A stretch of DNA of 63,467 bases, the filler included, from Octopus bimaculoides (lineage: Eukaryota): the NCBI RefSeq assembly GCF_001194135.2. It is 6 parts of 5 records of this genome, joined end to end, with 100 filler letters (N's around TTAATTAATTAA, not from the genome) between each part and the next. Parts side by side here need not be neighbours in the genome. Positions count along the whole stretch, not along the records: positions 26,598 to 58,008 come from NC_069000.1; 5 more parts are not named here. The stretch is one strand, 5' to 3'. Position 1 is the first letter of the stretch, and the number at the start of each line of letters is the position of its first letter. The notes beneath the pieces are model-generated. The model was not told the DNA's origin, did not search any database, and saw nothing but the letters and a program-made list of their open reading frames with translations. This document shows positions 38,243 through 51,038 of this stretch, piece after piece. A program made the position numbers and the translations under genes.

Positions 38243-38599
38243 TCTCATTTTTTCTCGCATACTTTCCTTGTCCTACCTTTTGCCTGTAATTATTTTTATC
38301 TTATCTTTTATGCATTTATCCCTGTCTTTACACTATCTCTATTTCTAACACTCTGATACCATAAACAGTTTTTCACCTTTTTATCTCTCCTCTGTAGGGC
38401 TGCAGCTGATAATGTTGGTATGTGTGTCGATGCGAGTGCAATTTAGAGCCATGACCAAATGCAGTTCTCTCTTTTATCAGCAAATAACTGCAAATGATGC
38501 TTCCATCACGAATGACACATAAAAAGAGTTCTTGCTATATGGATACAGTTTGATCTAATTAACACATTTGTTTAACTGAATTCATTTCACGATGGCTGC

Positions 38600-39660
38600 A
38601 GATGGTCTAAACTCTTATCAGTAAACCACCTCTTCAGTATCGTTAGAACTCAGATGGTTCGTGGACCTGCAGGTACATTGGTTTGAAATTGCCTTTCAGT
38701 GGCTGAGAACAAACGCACCCAAGTTCCCGAAACAATTTGTCAAGAAGATTGAAACAAGAGAAAATAGCTGTGTTAATTATAGAAGAAGCGCTTAGATGAT
38801 GGAAGTTTCGAAACCTTGACATCAACAGCAGATGAAGATGAATAGCGCCGCCTCTGACCGAAGGTTATAATTCACACGTCAAGTCGGAGTCCTGCAATTC
38901 AATAGAGTCCGGGCATATCATCAAGGAAGTGGACATTGCAATATCTAGTGAGACGCAGCAAAGCTGTAGCGAGGAACTTACTCAAATTCAGAAAGGACAA
39001 AGTAATATGAGTAATGTGGTTGTGGTTCTTTGGTGCTTTTTCGATTTCTCCTTCACAAAGATCCTCCCTTCATTCAATATTTTGTTATGCAGTCAAGAAA
39101 TTTCCAACGTTTTTACTTCATTCACAAACGGCTGCAAGACAAGTACAAAGTCCAAAGGAAACAACGCTTACTGCCTTTTTAAAGCCATGCTTCAATATTT
39201 TCTTTACAAAACGTTATTATGCATTTAGAGTCTGCCTTGATATTCCTGGTAAAGCAAGCAATTAAGAGGACAAATCGACATGCTCTTGTTGAAAGGCCAC
39301 TTGATACAAGTTTCATCAGTGCAATTTAATGGGAGTAGAGTGTACATTGCAGTCAACATAAATTTTTCTTAGAACAACATTTACATTGCGTGATAATGCA
39401 ATTATATCCAGAATTCTACCCAACAGATCTTTCCTTTCGATTTATAGAACTTCATTATCAGGAACAACTAAGCTTTGCTATCTCAATTAATAAATCCTTA
39501 GGGCGAACATTTGCGGTTGCTGGGCTGAATTGCTAGGAATTCTGTTTTATTCATGGGTAATTTTATGTGTCAGATTCGAGAGTTGTAAGCCCCTATAATC
39601 TTTTTTATGTTCTCTGTTGACCAAATTGAAATCATTGATCAAGAATCGTTGATATGCTGA
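38600..39660 (+). mobile_element. Decayed, internally deleted Helitron (Rep and PIF1 C-terminus)
   Basis: NSHVKSESCNSIES (NAHINVEYCNSVKS-like), SPKETTLTAFLKPC, LSFAISINKSLGRTFAVAGL..FIHG*FYV..SRV. Confidence 0.75.
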
Positions 39661-40244
39661 GCTTCAAAGTATCTAATATGCTGGGTACAGAACTAATTTC
39701 ATATAATCTGGGTTTCGTCGCAATATTTAATACAATACTTGTGGATGTGTTGGTTTCCTCTAGCAGTTTACCTATTTCCACACCGGTTTCTACTCCATTT
39801 TCGAATTCTTTTAAGAACTAAGGAAGTACATAACTATAAAATAATATCATTAACAACAGTTTCAAATGAAATAAAACTTCTTGCGCATTTATCTAAGCCA
39901 TACCATTTCTACAATTGAATTTGGAATTAAACTAATAATACTGAGTGCGTATAAGTACAATGCATTAGACACCTCACTGTAATAAACATATTGGAAAGCA
40001 ATTTAATTTCTTACTTCAGAAACAACTTTTCAAGAGATATACAATAGTGTGCTATAAAACCGAATATGAAGAAAAGACTGGGCCATTTGTATTTGCCTAT
40101 TTTCCAGGAGATTGCCGGGTATTTAGCAAATGTATTCGTGTTTCCATTATTATACTTTCACCATACTACTTACTATGCAATAATCAGACACCATACTGTG
40201 ACTATGCCACTACTGGTTTGCTAAGTCACTATTATAGTTTAAAG

Positions 40245-40469
40245 CAATGGTTCTCAACAGGGGGTCATATGTCCGTTAGTGGACATATGATTTTGTTAAA
40301 CTTTATGTGAAATATATTAGTTAACATCCTACAATGCGCAAAATATCTTAATAATTGTTTCTATACAATACTTAGTAATATTTAATTATGAAAATATAGG
40401 AGGGTCCATTTGAGTAAAATAAGAATCAAAGGCGTTCTTTAGGTAAGAGAAAATGGTTTAGAAACCCAG
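40245..40469. mobile_element. hAT (Charlie-like) MITE
   Basis: CAATGGTTCTCAAC left end; degenerate right end; TSD GTTTAAAG/CTTTAAAC. Confidence 0.65.
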
Positions 40470-41559
40470 CTTTAAACTATTATAAACATACTACATCTGC
40501 ACCATTACACTCGCACACCACCATCACTACATTCTCCTGTACTATGACCATGACACTATACCAGCAGTATTCCACCACCACAACATTAAAACATCACCTC
40601 CATATTCTGTATTATTATCCTCACCATCACTATACTGCCATTTCCACCACCACGTCACTACTATATCATATACTATCACCATACTGTACCACCCCGCACC
40701 TCGTCACACGTCCTCACCTCTATGACTTATACTATCACTATGACACTACATCAACACTATTACATCCCCACACTACCATTAGATTACGTCTATACATCAT
40801 TAGTCTAAACTATCATCGTGACCACTTTACCTCCTCATCGACACTACACAGACACTACACTACCATCGCTATAGTATCACTGCCTCACTACATCACTACT
40901 TTACTCTGTACTATCAATGTGGCCATGTGCTACCACTACACTACATCCCCACCATACCTTACATACTAACGCATTTGCACTACACCAACACAAATTCGAT
41001 GCTGTCACTACACCAACAACAACCAGTCCGAATTTATATTTCACACCAGCAACGCTGAGAGAAAGAGAGAGACATATAGAGGGACAGACAGACTGGCAGA
41101 CAGAGACAGACAGAAGGAGACAGACTGAAAGAAGTGTAGGTGTAGAGGGATGGGGATGCGGAAGTAATATGTCACATGACACAAATGGGTGGGGCCATAC
41201 AAGAATGTTAACACCCAGTTCTATTAGGTAAACAGACCGATCATGACAGCTGTGTGGGTGTTTAACACAGGGTATAATGTTATGTGCGACAGTAGGGCTG
41301 TTGTTGAAGCATGGTTACTGTATGGTACTGACGGTGATAGTGGTGCATTGTGACATTGGTGTTGATGGTGTAGTGTTAGGGGTGATAATGGTCGTGTTAG
41401 TGCTATACTAGTGTTGGTGCTGGTATTTGAGATGAAGATGTTGGCGTTATCATACTGGTGGTGGTGATGGTCATGATGAGCGTGACGAAAGTGGAATTGA
41501 AGTTGATGGTAGCGTTGATTATAGTGGTAGTGCAGGTATTAGTGTAGATGAAGTGGTGG

Positions 41560-41719
41560 CAGTATTATCCGTTTTCTTCTAGCTGTTTATAAATAAATCA
41601 CACCCTAACCCTAATCCTAACCCTAACCCTAATCCTAACCCTAACCCTAACTCTAACCCTAACGTCAATCAAATCACGTGTGTGATTTATTTATAAACAG
41701 AGATGTACGGAGAATACTG
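41560..41719. mobile_element. ~160-bp inverted-repeat element with a (CCCTAA)n core
   Basis: Perfect 21-bp IR at 41583-41603 / 41680-41700; outer CAGTATT(A/C)TCCGT IR; ~10 telomeric-type hexamers inside. Confidence 0.75.
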
Positions 41720-42419
41720 GTAAGACGTTCAGTTACTTCCCTTCAATATTTTTATTTATTTTTTTATCCCCCCTAAACTTGAAGATTACCGTCTAGTTAT
41801 TATGTCGACGCTTCCTCTTTCGCTGGTGAGAGTCCTTCCTAACAGTGTTTGTATTATGGGCACTCAGTTTGTAAATCACCATGGAATCTGAAGATTTCAT
41901 GAATACTTAAAGTCTTCCTCCTTTAAAATAATTCAACAAATACAGAATTTTTTTAATAAATCAAAAAGTGATTGATGACACTGTTTTTAAGTTACGCCGT
42001 GATTTAATAAAAGCAAAACTTCTTTTGAGAAATAAACTCTACACTTTTAAAATCTTTTTTTACTCTTTAACTATAGACATTTAATGAATTCTGTGCTTTA
42101 CTTTGGTAATAAAATATTGTCGCTAGCTAAGTTAAAGTGGCATTCGCCTATTGTAAATTTCTTTCAAATCTTATCAACAAGATTGTTAAATTTATAAAAA
42201 ATGTTGCAAATATACGCGTAAACTGAAAACTAATTTCAAACAAATTTACGACGTTTAATACCCGAAATTACAAAAGTGAAAATGTTTAAATTAAATATAA
42301 GGCACAAACATGTCATTGCAATATTAGATCGGCGGACCTTTAAATTTGAAGCAAAGGAATATACTTGTCTTATTTAACTTGGATAGAATAAAATGCTATT
42401 AAATGCTTGTTGTTCTAGT

Positions 42420-42900
42420 GTTGCATGATGATTTAGTGGACGACTTAGAAGAGTAAAAGAAACCAGTTTCTTAATTGACAGGTCAACTGATATAAACAAT
42501 ACAAAGCTAATGAGATTTTGTGAGTAGTTTTCCTATAAACATCAAAGAGTTCAAACAGGCTTTTTAGGGATTATTCCTCTAGCAACAACTGGTGAAAATC
42601 CCTATAATGCAGTTGATATTTTGTTGAGCAATGAACAAAAAAATAAATTATTGTATTGGACTAGAGAGATGGAGCAACTTATGTTACTAGGAAACGCAAT
42701 CCAGTGTTTTTGACATCCAGAAATATAAACCCAAATATTAAGCTCGTTAAAGCTACATACCGCAGTTTGACTTTTTGCTGCTGAAAGATGTTCGTCTGTT
42801 TGTCTTCTAAAGCTTTACTAATATCAGAAATAGCAAAATGGTTTAGCGTTAGTGGCTTTGGTCGAGATGATTACAAGAAATCTTATTCAGTAATGACAAA
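42420..42900 (+). mobile_element. Decayed hAT (Charlie/SPIN-like) transposase remnant
   Basis: LIDRSTDINN (DESTD-like), TTGENPYNAVD and RDGA..TRKR motifs. Confidence 0.55.
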
Positions 42901-42999
42901 TATCTGTCAGCACAAGCACGATTCGTTGGTTAACTGATGGGAAAGGTAAACAGGTAATCTCCCAGCAATGGGAGGATTTCTACGCATAATTTATGTTCA

Positions 43000-43950
43000 A
43001 ATATTGAAAAAGGAAAGAATTTTACGCAGTGTACTGGAAATTCTATGCTTCATGACAAAACTAATGAATTTAATCTTCATTTTATATCTCCTATTTATTT
43101 TAATTTTGAGTCTGTAAATGCAGCGTTTGAAGTTTCCAAATCCAATCCTAGGTACATTTTTCAAGGCCTTGAGAATCTTTGACATTTTATAGTACTCGTA
43201 CTTATGTACGAGTACTATAAAATGTACGAGAAAGAAAATGTAACAGGGTTTATAGCTTAGATATTGCTTCGCAGAAGTTTTCATCGGGGAAATGAGTTGA
43301 CTTTATTTGATATTCTTATATGAGAAGAATATAGTTTAGTGTTTTATTGGATCATTACATTAAGTCAGGGACCTAAGCAATGCAAATCTCTGAAGTCTGA
43401 ATCCTGTTCGTTCAGAACATGTGCTTTAGGTAGAAGAATTCCAGGAAAAGATGTAATTTCCTTCAATACCTGTCTCCCGTGTCACATAATGAATTAATAA
43501 TATCGGAATATTTCAACCTTGTCAACATGTTTTCCGGAAAACCAGGTCTTTGAAAATAATGTGCAGGTTTTGTGAATGCTTCTTCAAATTCGTCCTATGT
43601 TGAGCACACATTTCCAATGAGGTATGTTAATTTTATGTTTTGGGCTAAGATTTCATAAGTTCGCAGATTTGCATCAAGAAACACGGGAAGACATTGTTCA
43701 GTTTAACATGGATACCTTGGAAGTGTATGCAATTCTCCAAACAAAATTTGGGTGAAACTATATGACAGCAGTGCCAACATGACGGGGAAGTTTTATAGTA
43801 CCCAATCGAAAATGTTATACACAGCTGTACTGTCACAATGTTTATATGCTTGGTAGGAAAGGCCGTATCAACAGCCATAAGAAATTTTGAAAGAACTCGA
43901 GAGATTTTAATTCCATTTGTAAGCAATGCGAATTTCTTTAAGAAAATAAA
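43000..43950 (-). mobile_element. Possible hAT transposase remnant, rearranged
   Basis: AFPT-like dimerisation-domain motif and LDLE; weak. Confidence 0.3.
43182..43225. repeat. Perfect 20-bp-stem hairpin with TTAT loop
   Basis: ACATTTTATAGTACTCGTAC ttat GTACGAGTACTATAAAATGT. Confidence 0.95.
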
Positions 43951-44435
43951 TTGTCTTTTGTATTCTGTCTTGCTTTTTGTTTTTCGTTACATGAGACGTA
44001 GAAAACAAGATTGAAAATGTCAATGTTTTGCTTGTTCAAATGCCAGATGATTGCTGATATAATGTGTTGGCTCAAAAACCAGATTGAAAGTATCAAACAT
44101 CAACTTTATTTAGTATTATAAGATGATTCAGGGCTTAACAACTAAGTTAGAAACTGAAGTATGATATTAGTATAGATAGCTAAAATGCTTTGGTTGTTTT
44201 AATTCCGGCTCATGGTTGGTATAAGGTTTTGGCTTCAGTAAATATTTACATTAATATTATTGAAACCAGAGGCGTTATATTTTAATGTGGAAGTAATTTG
44301 ACATAGAAACTTTCCGTCGAAATTTAAAGTGACGACGAAACAACTAGGAAAGTATCTGACATAAAGCGAAGGAAGATACGTCAGATTCTTGATATGGAAG
44401 CCAAACTATACCCTTCCATTAAGGGTGGTGTATTT

Positions 44436-44494
44436 GAAGAAGAAGAAGAAGAAGAAGAAGAAGAAGAAGAAGAAGAAGAAGAAGAAGAAGAAGA
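44436..44494 (+). repeat. (GAA)n microsatellite
   Basis: Read directly. Confidence 0.95.
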
Positions 44495-44625
44495 GTGAAA
44501 CTACGATAAATTTCGCGGAAATGCCCAGCATACATAACTCACAAGAAGCGGTCTCTTCCTGCATGGAATTATGTTTCATTTATGTGTTTGTTCATTGATT
44601 ATATTGTGTTATTGATTACATTAAT

Positions 44626-45125
44626 TGTGAGTGGATTTGGAAACTGAAAGAGACACGTCACGTGTCACGTGTGTGTGTCTGCGTGTGAGAGAGAGACAGT
44701 GAGAAAGAGAGACAGTGAGAGAGAGAGACAGTGAGAGAGAGAGACAGTGAGAGAGAGAGACAGTGAGAGAGAGAGACAGTGAGAGAGAGAGACAGTGAGA
44801 GAGAGAGACAGTGAGAGAGAGAGACAGTGAGAGAGAGAGACAGTGAGAGAGAGAGACAGTGAGAGAGAGAGACAGTGAGAGAGAGAGACAGTGAGAGAGA
44901 GAGACAGAGAGCGCGATCATGTGTGTGCGTGCGTGTATGCCTGTGTGTGTGTGTGCATGAGAGAGAGAGAGACTGTGTCTGTGTTTGTCCCTAACCTCCA
45001 CTTCACAGTCGGTGTTGGTGTGTTTATGTCCCCATAACCTAAGCGGTTCGGCAAAAAAGACAGATAGAATAACTTTCAATCTTAGAAAGGCAATAACATC
45101 TAGGATTGATTAGTACGACTAAACA
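44626..45125 (+). mobile_element. SINE family A, 3' part, carrying a 14-bp (GAGAGAGAGACAGT)n minisatellite at ~44686-44905
   Basis: GTGAGTGGATTTGG.AAACTGAAAG before the array and the family A tail after it. Confidence 0.8.
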
Positions 45126-45610
45126 AACAGAAGAGATAAAAGAGATACAAGAGTATTTCTGTATTTGCCAAGATGCATGCAGCGTGCACGGCCTTCAGTA
45201 GCGTTCGATCTTATTTCTCAGTGATTTCAGTGCGTATTGACGGAATTGTTCTTTCCAGTGTCGCACTGAAGCACTGATGTTATTCAAAAATTGAGTGGTA
45301 TAACAATGTTTGTATTACATAGAGATATGAACATTCTTCTTTCATAATTGCATCATTTGGTTACTTGTAACCAACAGAGCTTTTGTTTACCAATTACGAC
45401 ATAAAACAAATGAATAAAAAATATTCGCCAGTATGTTATATCGATTTGCTGCAGAAGCTGAGTTGTAAAGAGGAAGTGGAATCGCTACAGTAATACGTTT
45501 CCTGCTCTAATAGAGATGAAACAATGAATCCAAATTCAGTTAATGTACAAACGCATCCGTTCACCTGTATATATAAAGTTCTACAAAGAATTACATACAA
45601 GCACGAGATA

Positions 45611-45655
<45 letters not shown>

Positions 45656-46996
45656 TGAGTGTGTATTGCATGTGCGTCTGTGTGAATAGCTAAATAGACA
45701 AATTGATGGATAGTTCAATATCAACGAACAACGGTATATATGAGCATCAACATACATAGACCAATGTACACGCCTATATTCAAATATATATGTGGGGGGG
45801 GGGGTGCTTCTGTGTGTGTGTGAGTGCGTATGCGGTTGCGTGTGACTGCGTATGTGGTTGCGTGTGTGAGTGTTTGTGTATGTATGTATATGTATATATA
45901 AATATATACATCTGCGCATTCNNNNNNNNNNNNNNNNNNNNNNNNNNNNNNNNNNNNNNNNNNNNNNNNNNNNNNNNNNNNNNNNNNNNNNNNNNNNNNN
46001 NNNNNNNNNNNNNNNNNNNNNNNNNNNNNNNNNNNNNNNNNNNNNNNNNNNNNNNNNNNNNNNNNNNNNNNNNNNNNNNNNNNNNNNNNNNNNNNNNNNN
46101 NNNNNNNNNNNNNNNNNNNNNNNNNNNNNNNNNNNNNNNNNNNNNNNNNNNNNNNNNNNNNNNNNNNNNNNNNNNNNNNNNNNNNNNNNNNNNNNNNNNN
46201 NNNNNNNNNNNNNNNNNNNNNNNNNNNNNNNNNNNNNNNNNNNNNNNNNNNNNNNNNNNNNNNNNNNNNNNNNNNNNNNNNNNNNNNNNNNNNNNNNNNN
46301 NNNNNNNNNNNNNNNNNNNNNNNNNNNNNNNNNNNNNNNNNNNNNNNNNNNNNNNNNNNNNNNNNNNNNNNNNNNNNNNNNNNNNNNNNNNNNNNNNNNN
46401 NNNNNNNNNNNNNNNNNNNNNNNNNNNNNNNNNNNNNNNNNNNNNNNNNNNNNNNNNNNNNNNNNNNNNNNNNNNNNNNNNNNNNNNNNNNNNNNNNNNN
46501 NNNNNNNNNNNNNNNNNNNNNNNNNNNNNNNNNNNNNNNNNNNNNNNNNNNNNNNNNNNNNNNNNNNNNNNNNNNNNNNNNNNNNNNNNNNNNNNNNNNN
46601 NNNNNNNNNNNATATATATATATATATATAAAATCACATGTGTGTTACACATTTTTTATAACATGTCTTCATACTGTGTGGATTAAGAACCCCGTTGACA
46701 GTCCGCTGGATATTATAGAGTGTGAAACACTTTCGGTATGCAAATTAGGGAGTCCTTCACAGAGTAATTGCTACATTTGTTGAAGATATAAATAGTTTGG
46801 CTCCTTGATTGTCTAGAGATTGTTAGAATTATGAAGACGCCTTTGATGAAAACCCAGAAAGGTTCGAAAATCGGTTAAGGTTGTTTATCATCTTTTTTAA
46901 GTCTGTGGAGAATTGGCTAAAATTTGCCCTGTTTATGATTATACCATATGTTACATATATATATATATATATATATATATAGTTGTATTGTATATA

Positions 46997-47158
46997 CAGT
47001 AATCCATCGCTACAACTCGGTTTATTATTTAAGCTACGTAGTGTTGCTTTGCATTTATATAAAAATTTTTTAAAATGCACTATTGTTTCTACTTCCCATT
47101 TATCAATTTACGGCGGGGGATTCGGTACGTAACATCCACGATAGTCGAGGGATTACTG
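46997..47158. mobile_element. Tigger/pogo-like MITE
   Basis: TA|CAGTAATCC...GAGGGATTACTG|TA. Confidence 0.85.
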
Positions 47159-47892
47159 TATGTATGTATATATATATATGTGTGTGTGCGTAATAGTATA
47201 TTACCGTATTCAAATGATTCGGCAAAAATCAGGTTCTTGGGGCTGCTACAGAATAAACATAGGAAAAGAAAATAGAACATTTGAGATGGTTTATAAAATA
47301 GTGAGTCATAAAGTTTTACGTACACTTCATTAACAAAGAAAGATTCTTAGTTATATAATGTAAATAATATTATTGAATTACATCGTCATGTCTCCAGAGA
47401 CGTATTCTTTACGTGTAACTTTGCGGCATGGGTATAGCGGCATGGGTATACCAATTTCATGTTTATAATATTTGTCACTAATCCAATATATGTTACACAT
47501 CACTGAAAAGATGACAAAGAGATTCGGCTATGCGAATTACATTACGAAAATCCTGCATTGACAATGAAACGTACGTAAGATAGTGCTAAATAATTTAACG
47601 ATCACATTTTTATTTTATTTTATGAATTTTTTTGTGTATTAATATACATAAAGAAACATATATCCATGTTCATCTATACTTATACATTCATATAACTTCA
47701 TACATATAATTACATAGAATTATATATATATATATATATAGAACCATATATATATACACAAGCACATCATTTATATTTTTTATCTGACGTGATTTTACGC
47801 TTTCCACATATGAATTACACACACGTTTTTGGTCACATTACCGAAGCCTGCGTAATGTATGTGAAGTGTATATATGTATATATATATATATA

Positions 47893-48200
47893 TATAAAGC
47901 TGAGACCCTGTGTCTGTTTGTTTGCATCTCTGTCTGTCTGTCTGTCTGTCTGTGTCTGTATGTGTTCATCACTAAAACTCGAGAACTATCAAAACCGATT
48001 TCATTCAAGTTTTACACATGCTTTACTCAGGGTCTATGCAGTATCATTGGCCAAAAACAGTTTCAACTTCTTACTTAATGCGATCCCGGAGCAAGTTCTT
48101 ATCTCGTATTCTATTTCAGTATTACTTGTCAAAAGCGAAACAATAACATGTCTATTGTAATATGAGATAATGCTTTCATTTTTAACATTTTCACTATTGA
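47893..48200 (+). mobile_element. Non-autonomous Helitron 5' region
   Basis: TATATAAAG start, (TGTC)n tract and AAAACCGATTTCATTCAAGTTTT motif typical of invertebrate non-autonomous Helitrons. Confidence 0.55.
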
Positions 48201-48351
48201 TACTGAAACATCGATTTCCATCACACCCAAATGGGATTGAGAGTGAGTTATCTCGTCAGTTCATGCTATTTACTCCGTTCTAGCATTGTAGCCACAGGAA
48301 AATACACAAAGCATATACATTTCTATATGTCTGCATTACTATATGTATATA

Positions 48352-48431
48352 CAGTAATCCCTCGACTAACGAGGGTATTACGTTCCCAAAACCCCCGCGA
48401 GAAGTGAAAATCAGTGAATTAGAAACAGTAC

Positions 48432-48440
<9 letters not shown>
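48352..48440. mobile_element. Tigger-like MITE, one end only
   Basis: TA|CAGTAATCCCTCGAC as at 24322. Confidence 0.75.
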
Positions 48441-48472
<32 letters not shown>

Positions 48473-48496
48473 TAATTTGTATATATTTTATTATAA

Positions 48497-49690
48497 AGTA
48501 GCAGAAATACCCGGCCTTGCCCGGATTAAAGAGAATAATGAAATTTTAAAATGCCTTTTAGATCGCTAACATGAAACATAGACTACACAGGTCTTACTTC
48601 CTAGTTGCTGAGATACCAACTTTATACGTTAATAACCCGACGTTTCCCAGGTTATTGAAAATAATGAGATTTAAGTATACCTTTTAGATCTCTAAGTAAA
48701 ATGAACCATGGATTATGCAGTTCTCAAAAGTAATTAGCTGAGGTACAAACTATTAATGTCAGTAACATGTTTTATCCGATGTTCTCACTGTTAAAATTGT
48801 TATAAAAAACAGTTAGTTCTTTGTCTTTGCAATCACCTTCAATTGTCAGTACTTTTTTGAAACACGTTGAACCTGAAAATGCATAAATTTGAGAAGAACC
48901 GGCATTCGGGCGCTCACCTCCTGTTATAATAAGTACATTTAGCAAAACTTCTATCAGATGACGTGAGTAAAAACAAATGTATTGAAACAAATCCGGAAAT
49001 CAATCACAGTTTAATAATCAAGAGCTTCTAATTATACGATGTTTTGAGTTTGTCCTTTAATTGGTGTATTCATGAAAAGATTTGGGGGACTTCTAGCTCG
49101 CGAACATCCTACATATAATTTCCCATAAGTGAAGCGACGTGAAGTCCAACAACCTTGAGATTTGTTTATTGGCATAGCGAAACTAAGTTTTATTGGGAAC
49201 TGGAACCGTTTAAATTCAAGGGGGGGGGGTCATATGTGATTAACGGGATCCGTGGAATGAAGACATCCTCACCCTTATAGTTCCCAGTCATAATTGTTGC
49301 CTCTAGGACATGGGGTTGCATCGCTTTAACCACCAGTCTGATGCCATTACACAGACGAGATAGATCCAGATTCATTATCAGCATGATTGGGGCCCCCTTT
49401 TTAAGTATTAAATGGTGAGATAGCATCCCAGATGGCTGTAGAGAGTTCAGGAATTTGGTTGGAAAAAATTGATCAATGGACGGTGTCAAGGGATTTAAAG
49501 GACAGTTCTTGTCCGGGCAACGGCTACAAGAGATCTCAGTTGATTTTGTTGACAGCATCATTATGTTGAGCTAGGATGGCTCACTCACAGAGCCGTTTGA
49601 CTGTTACTAATGTTTTGTGCAATGTTTGGGAGCACATGCATTATGAGATCATTGACTGTTCGTACCATCTCACCACATGCTTTCTTCCCC
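48497..49690 (-). mobile_element. Helitron 3' portion: PIF1 helicase remnant and 3' terminus
   Basis: RLCE*AILA, FLNSLQPSG..HHLILKKGAPIMLIMNL..LCNGIRLVV..GEDVFIPRIPL, LSFAMPINKSQG..GKLYVGCSR; terminal CCGGG-CAAGG-CCGGG hairpin and CTAC (CTAG-like) end at 48497-48524. Confidence 0.9.
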
Positions 49691-50057
49691 ACTCCGCGCC
49701 GACTTTGGGTGATGATAACTTTCAGAAAAATGAATATTTTTAATGAAATTTTCTACGAATATATTATATCATGTGGAATATACAATATTGGGTGAGGGAG
49801 TATTTTAGGACGCTATAGTAGAAGATATTTGCCCAAGGTGGCACGCAGGCTCCTTACCACACAGCCACGCCTGTATTTTAATATACATATATTTACACAT
49901 GTACATCTATATGTATGTATATATATATATATATACATGTATATACATAGATACATGTATAAATGTATATATATATGTATGTTTATATTATATTAAATAC
50001 ATATGTACGTTTATATATACATATATATATATACATATATATATAATGTTTGTGTGT

Positions 50058-50138
<81 letters not shown>

Positions 50139-50971
50139 GAGTTATAAACTAAGGGAAGAGAAGATAAATAAATAGACGAGTAGATTTGTAGATATATTTG
50201 CCTGTAATATAGATATTTGTATTGATATCTTCGCATATGCCAGTAGAATTTGCGTATGTACTAATTTTAGACCATAGGAAAGTTTCCATCTTTCTATTTT
50301 CGCATTATAATTCAACACTGCAACAATTTTGCATCTATATCCTCTCCATTATGTAACTATATTCCAAAAACTAACTGACACACTCAATTATTAATTCACC
50401 AGAGGGTTTTTAACGGAAGCTAATATATAGATCTTTTTGTAGGTTCTCAAACAACATATCTAGAAAGTATATAAAAAGATTAGAGCAGCCTCCAGGAGCG
50501 CATTTATACACACAATTAGCGATAAAACACGGAGAAAACAGCGAGATATACTTAAAAAATACCACACGAATAACACAACAAAGATGGTGTTGGACAAAGC
50601 ATTTCATTGTGACGAGATGAAAAAGAGTCTAAGAAACTAAAAGTGGTCCACTGGCATGCACTTAGTCAAGAACGATAAGGCAAACAGAAAATGAGTTAAA
50701 ATATGCTTATACAAATTGGTGACATACTGAGGTATACATGTATATATGTGAGTGTGCATGTATGTATGCGAGCGCGCGTATATGTGTGTCTGTGTGTGTA
50801 GTTATAAATACATATGAGTTAGTTACATATATGTCTGTGTACATGTATAGTTAAACACACACGCACACACACACANNNNNNNNNNATATATATATGTATG
50901 TATGTATAACCATGCATATAGACATATATATGGATATAATTATACATATATAAACGGAAAACTATACACAT

Positions 50972-51038
<67 letters not shown>

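Noticed and set aside
42131-42344. Possible Kolobok-like element flanked by TTAA
   Set aside because: The two ends do not form convincing TIRs.
46829-46960. YEDAFDENPERF resembling a P450 PERF motif
   Set aside because: Very short match, in-frame stop just upstream, weak splice sites and no other P450 exons.
50440-50620. Plus-strand acceptor and ~58-codon open frame (FSNNISRKY...)
   Set aside because: No donor or recognised homology; the length is expected by chance.
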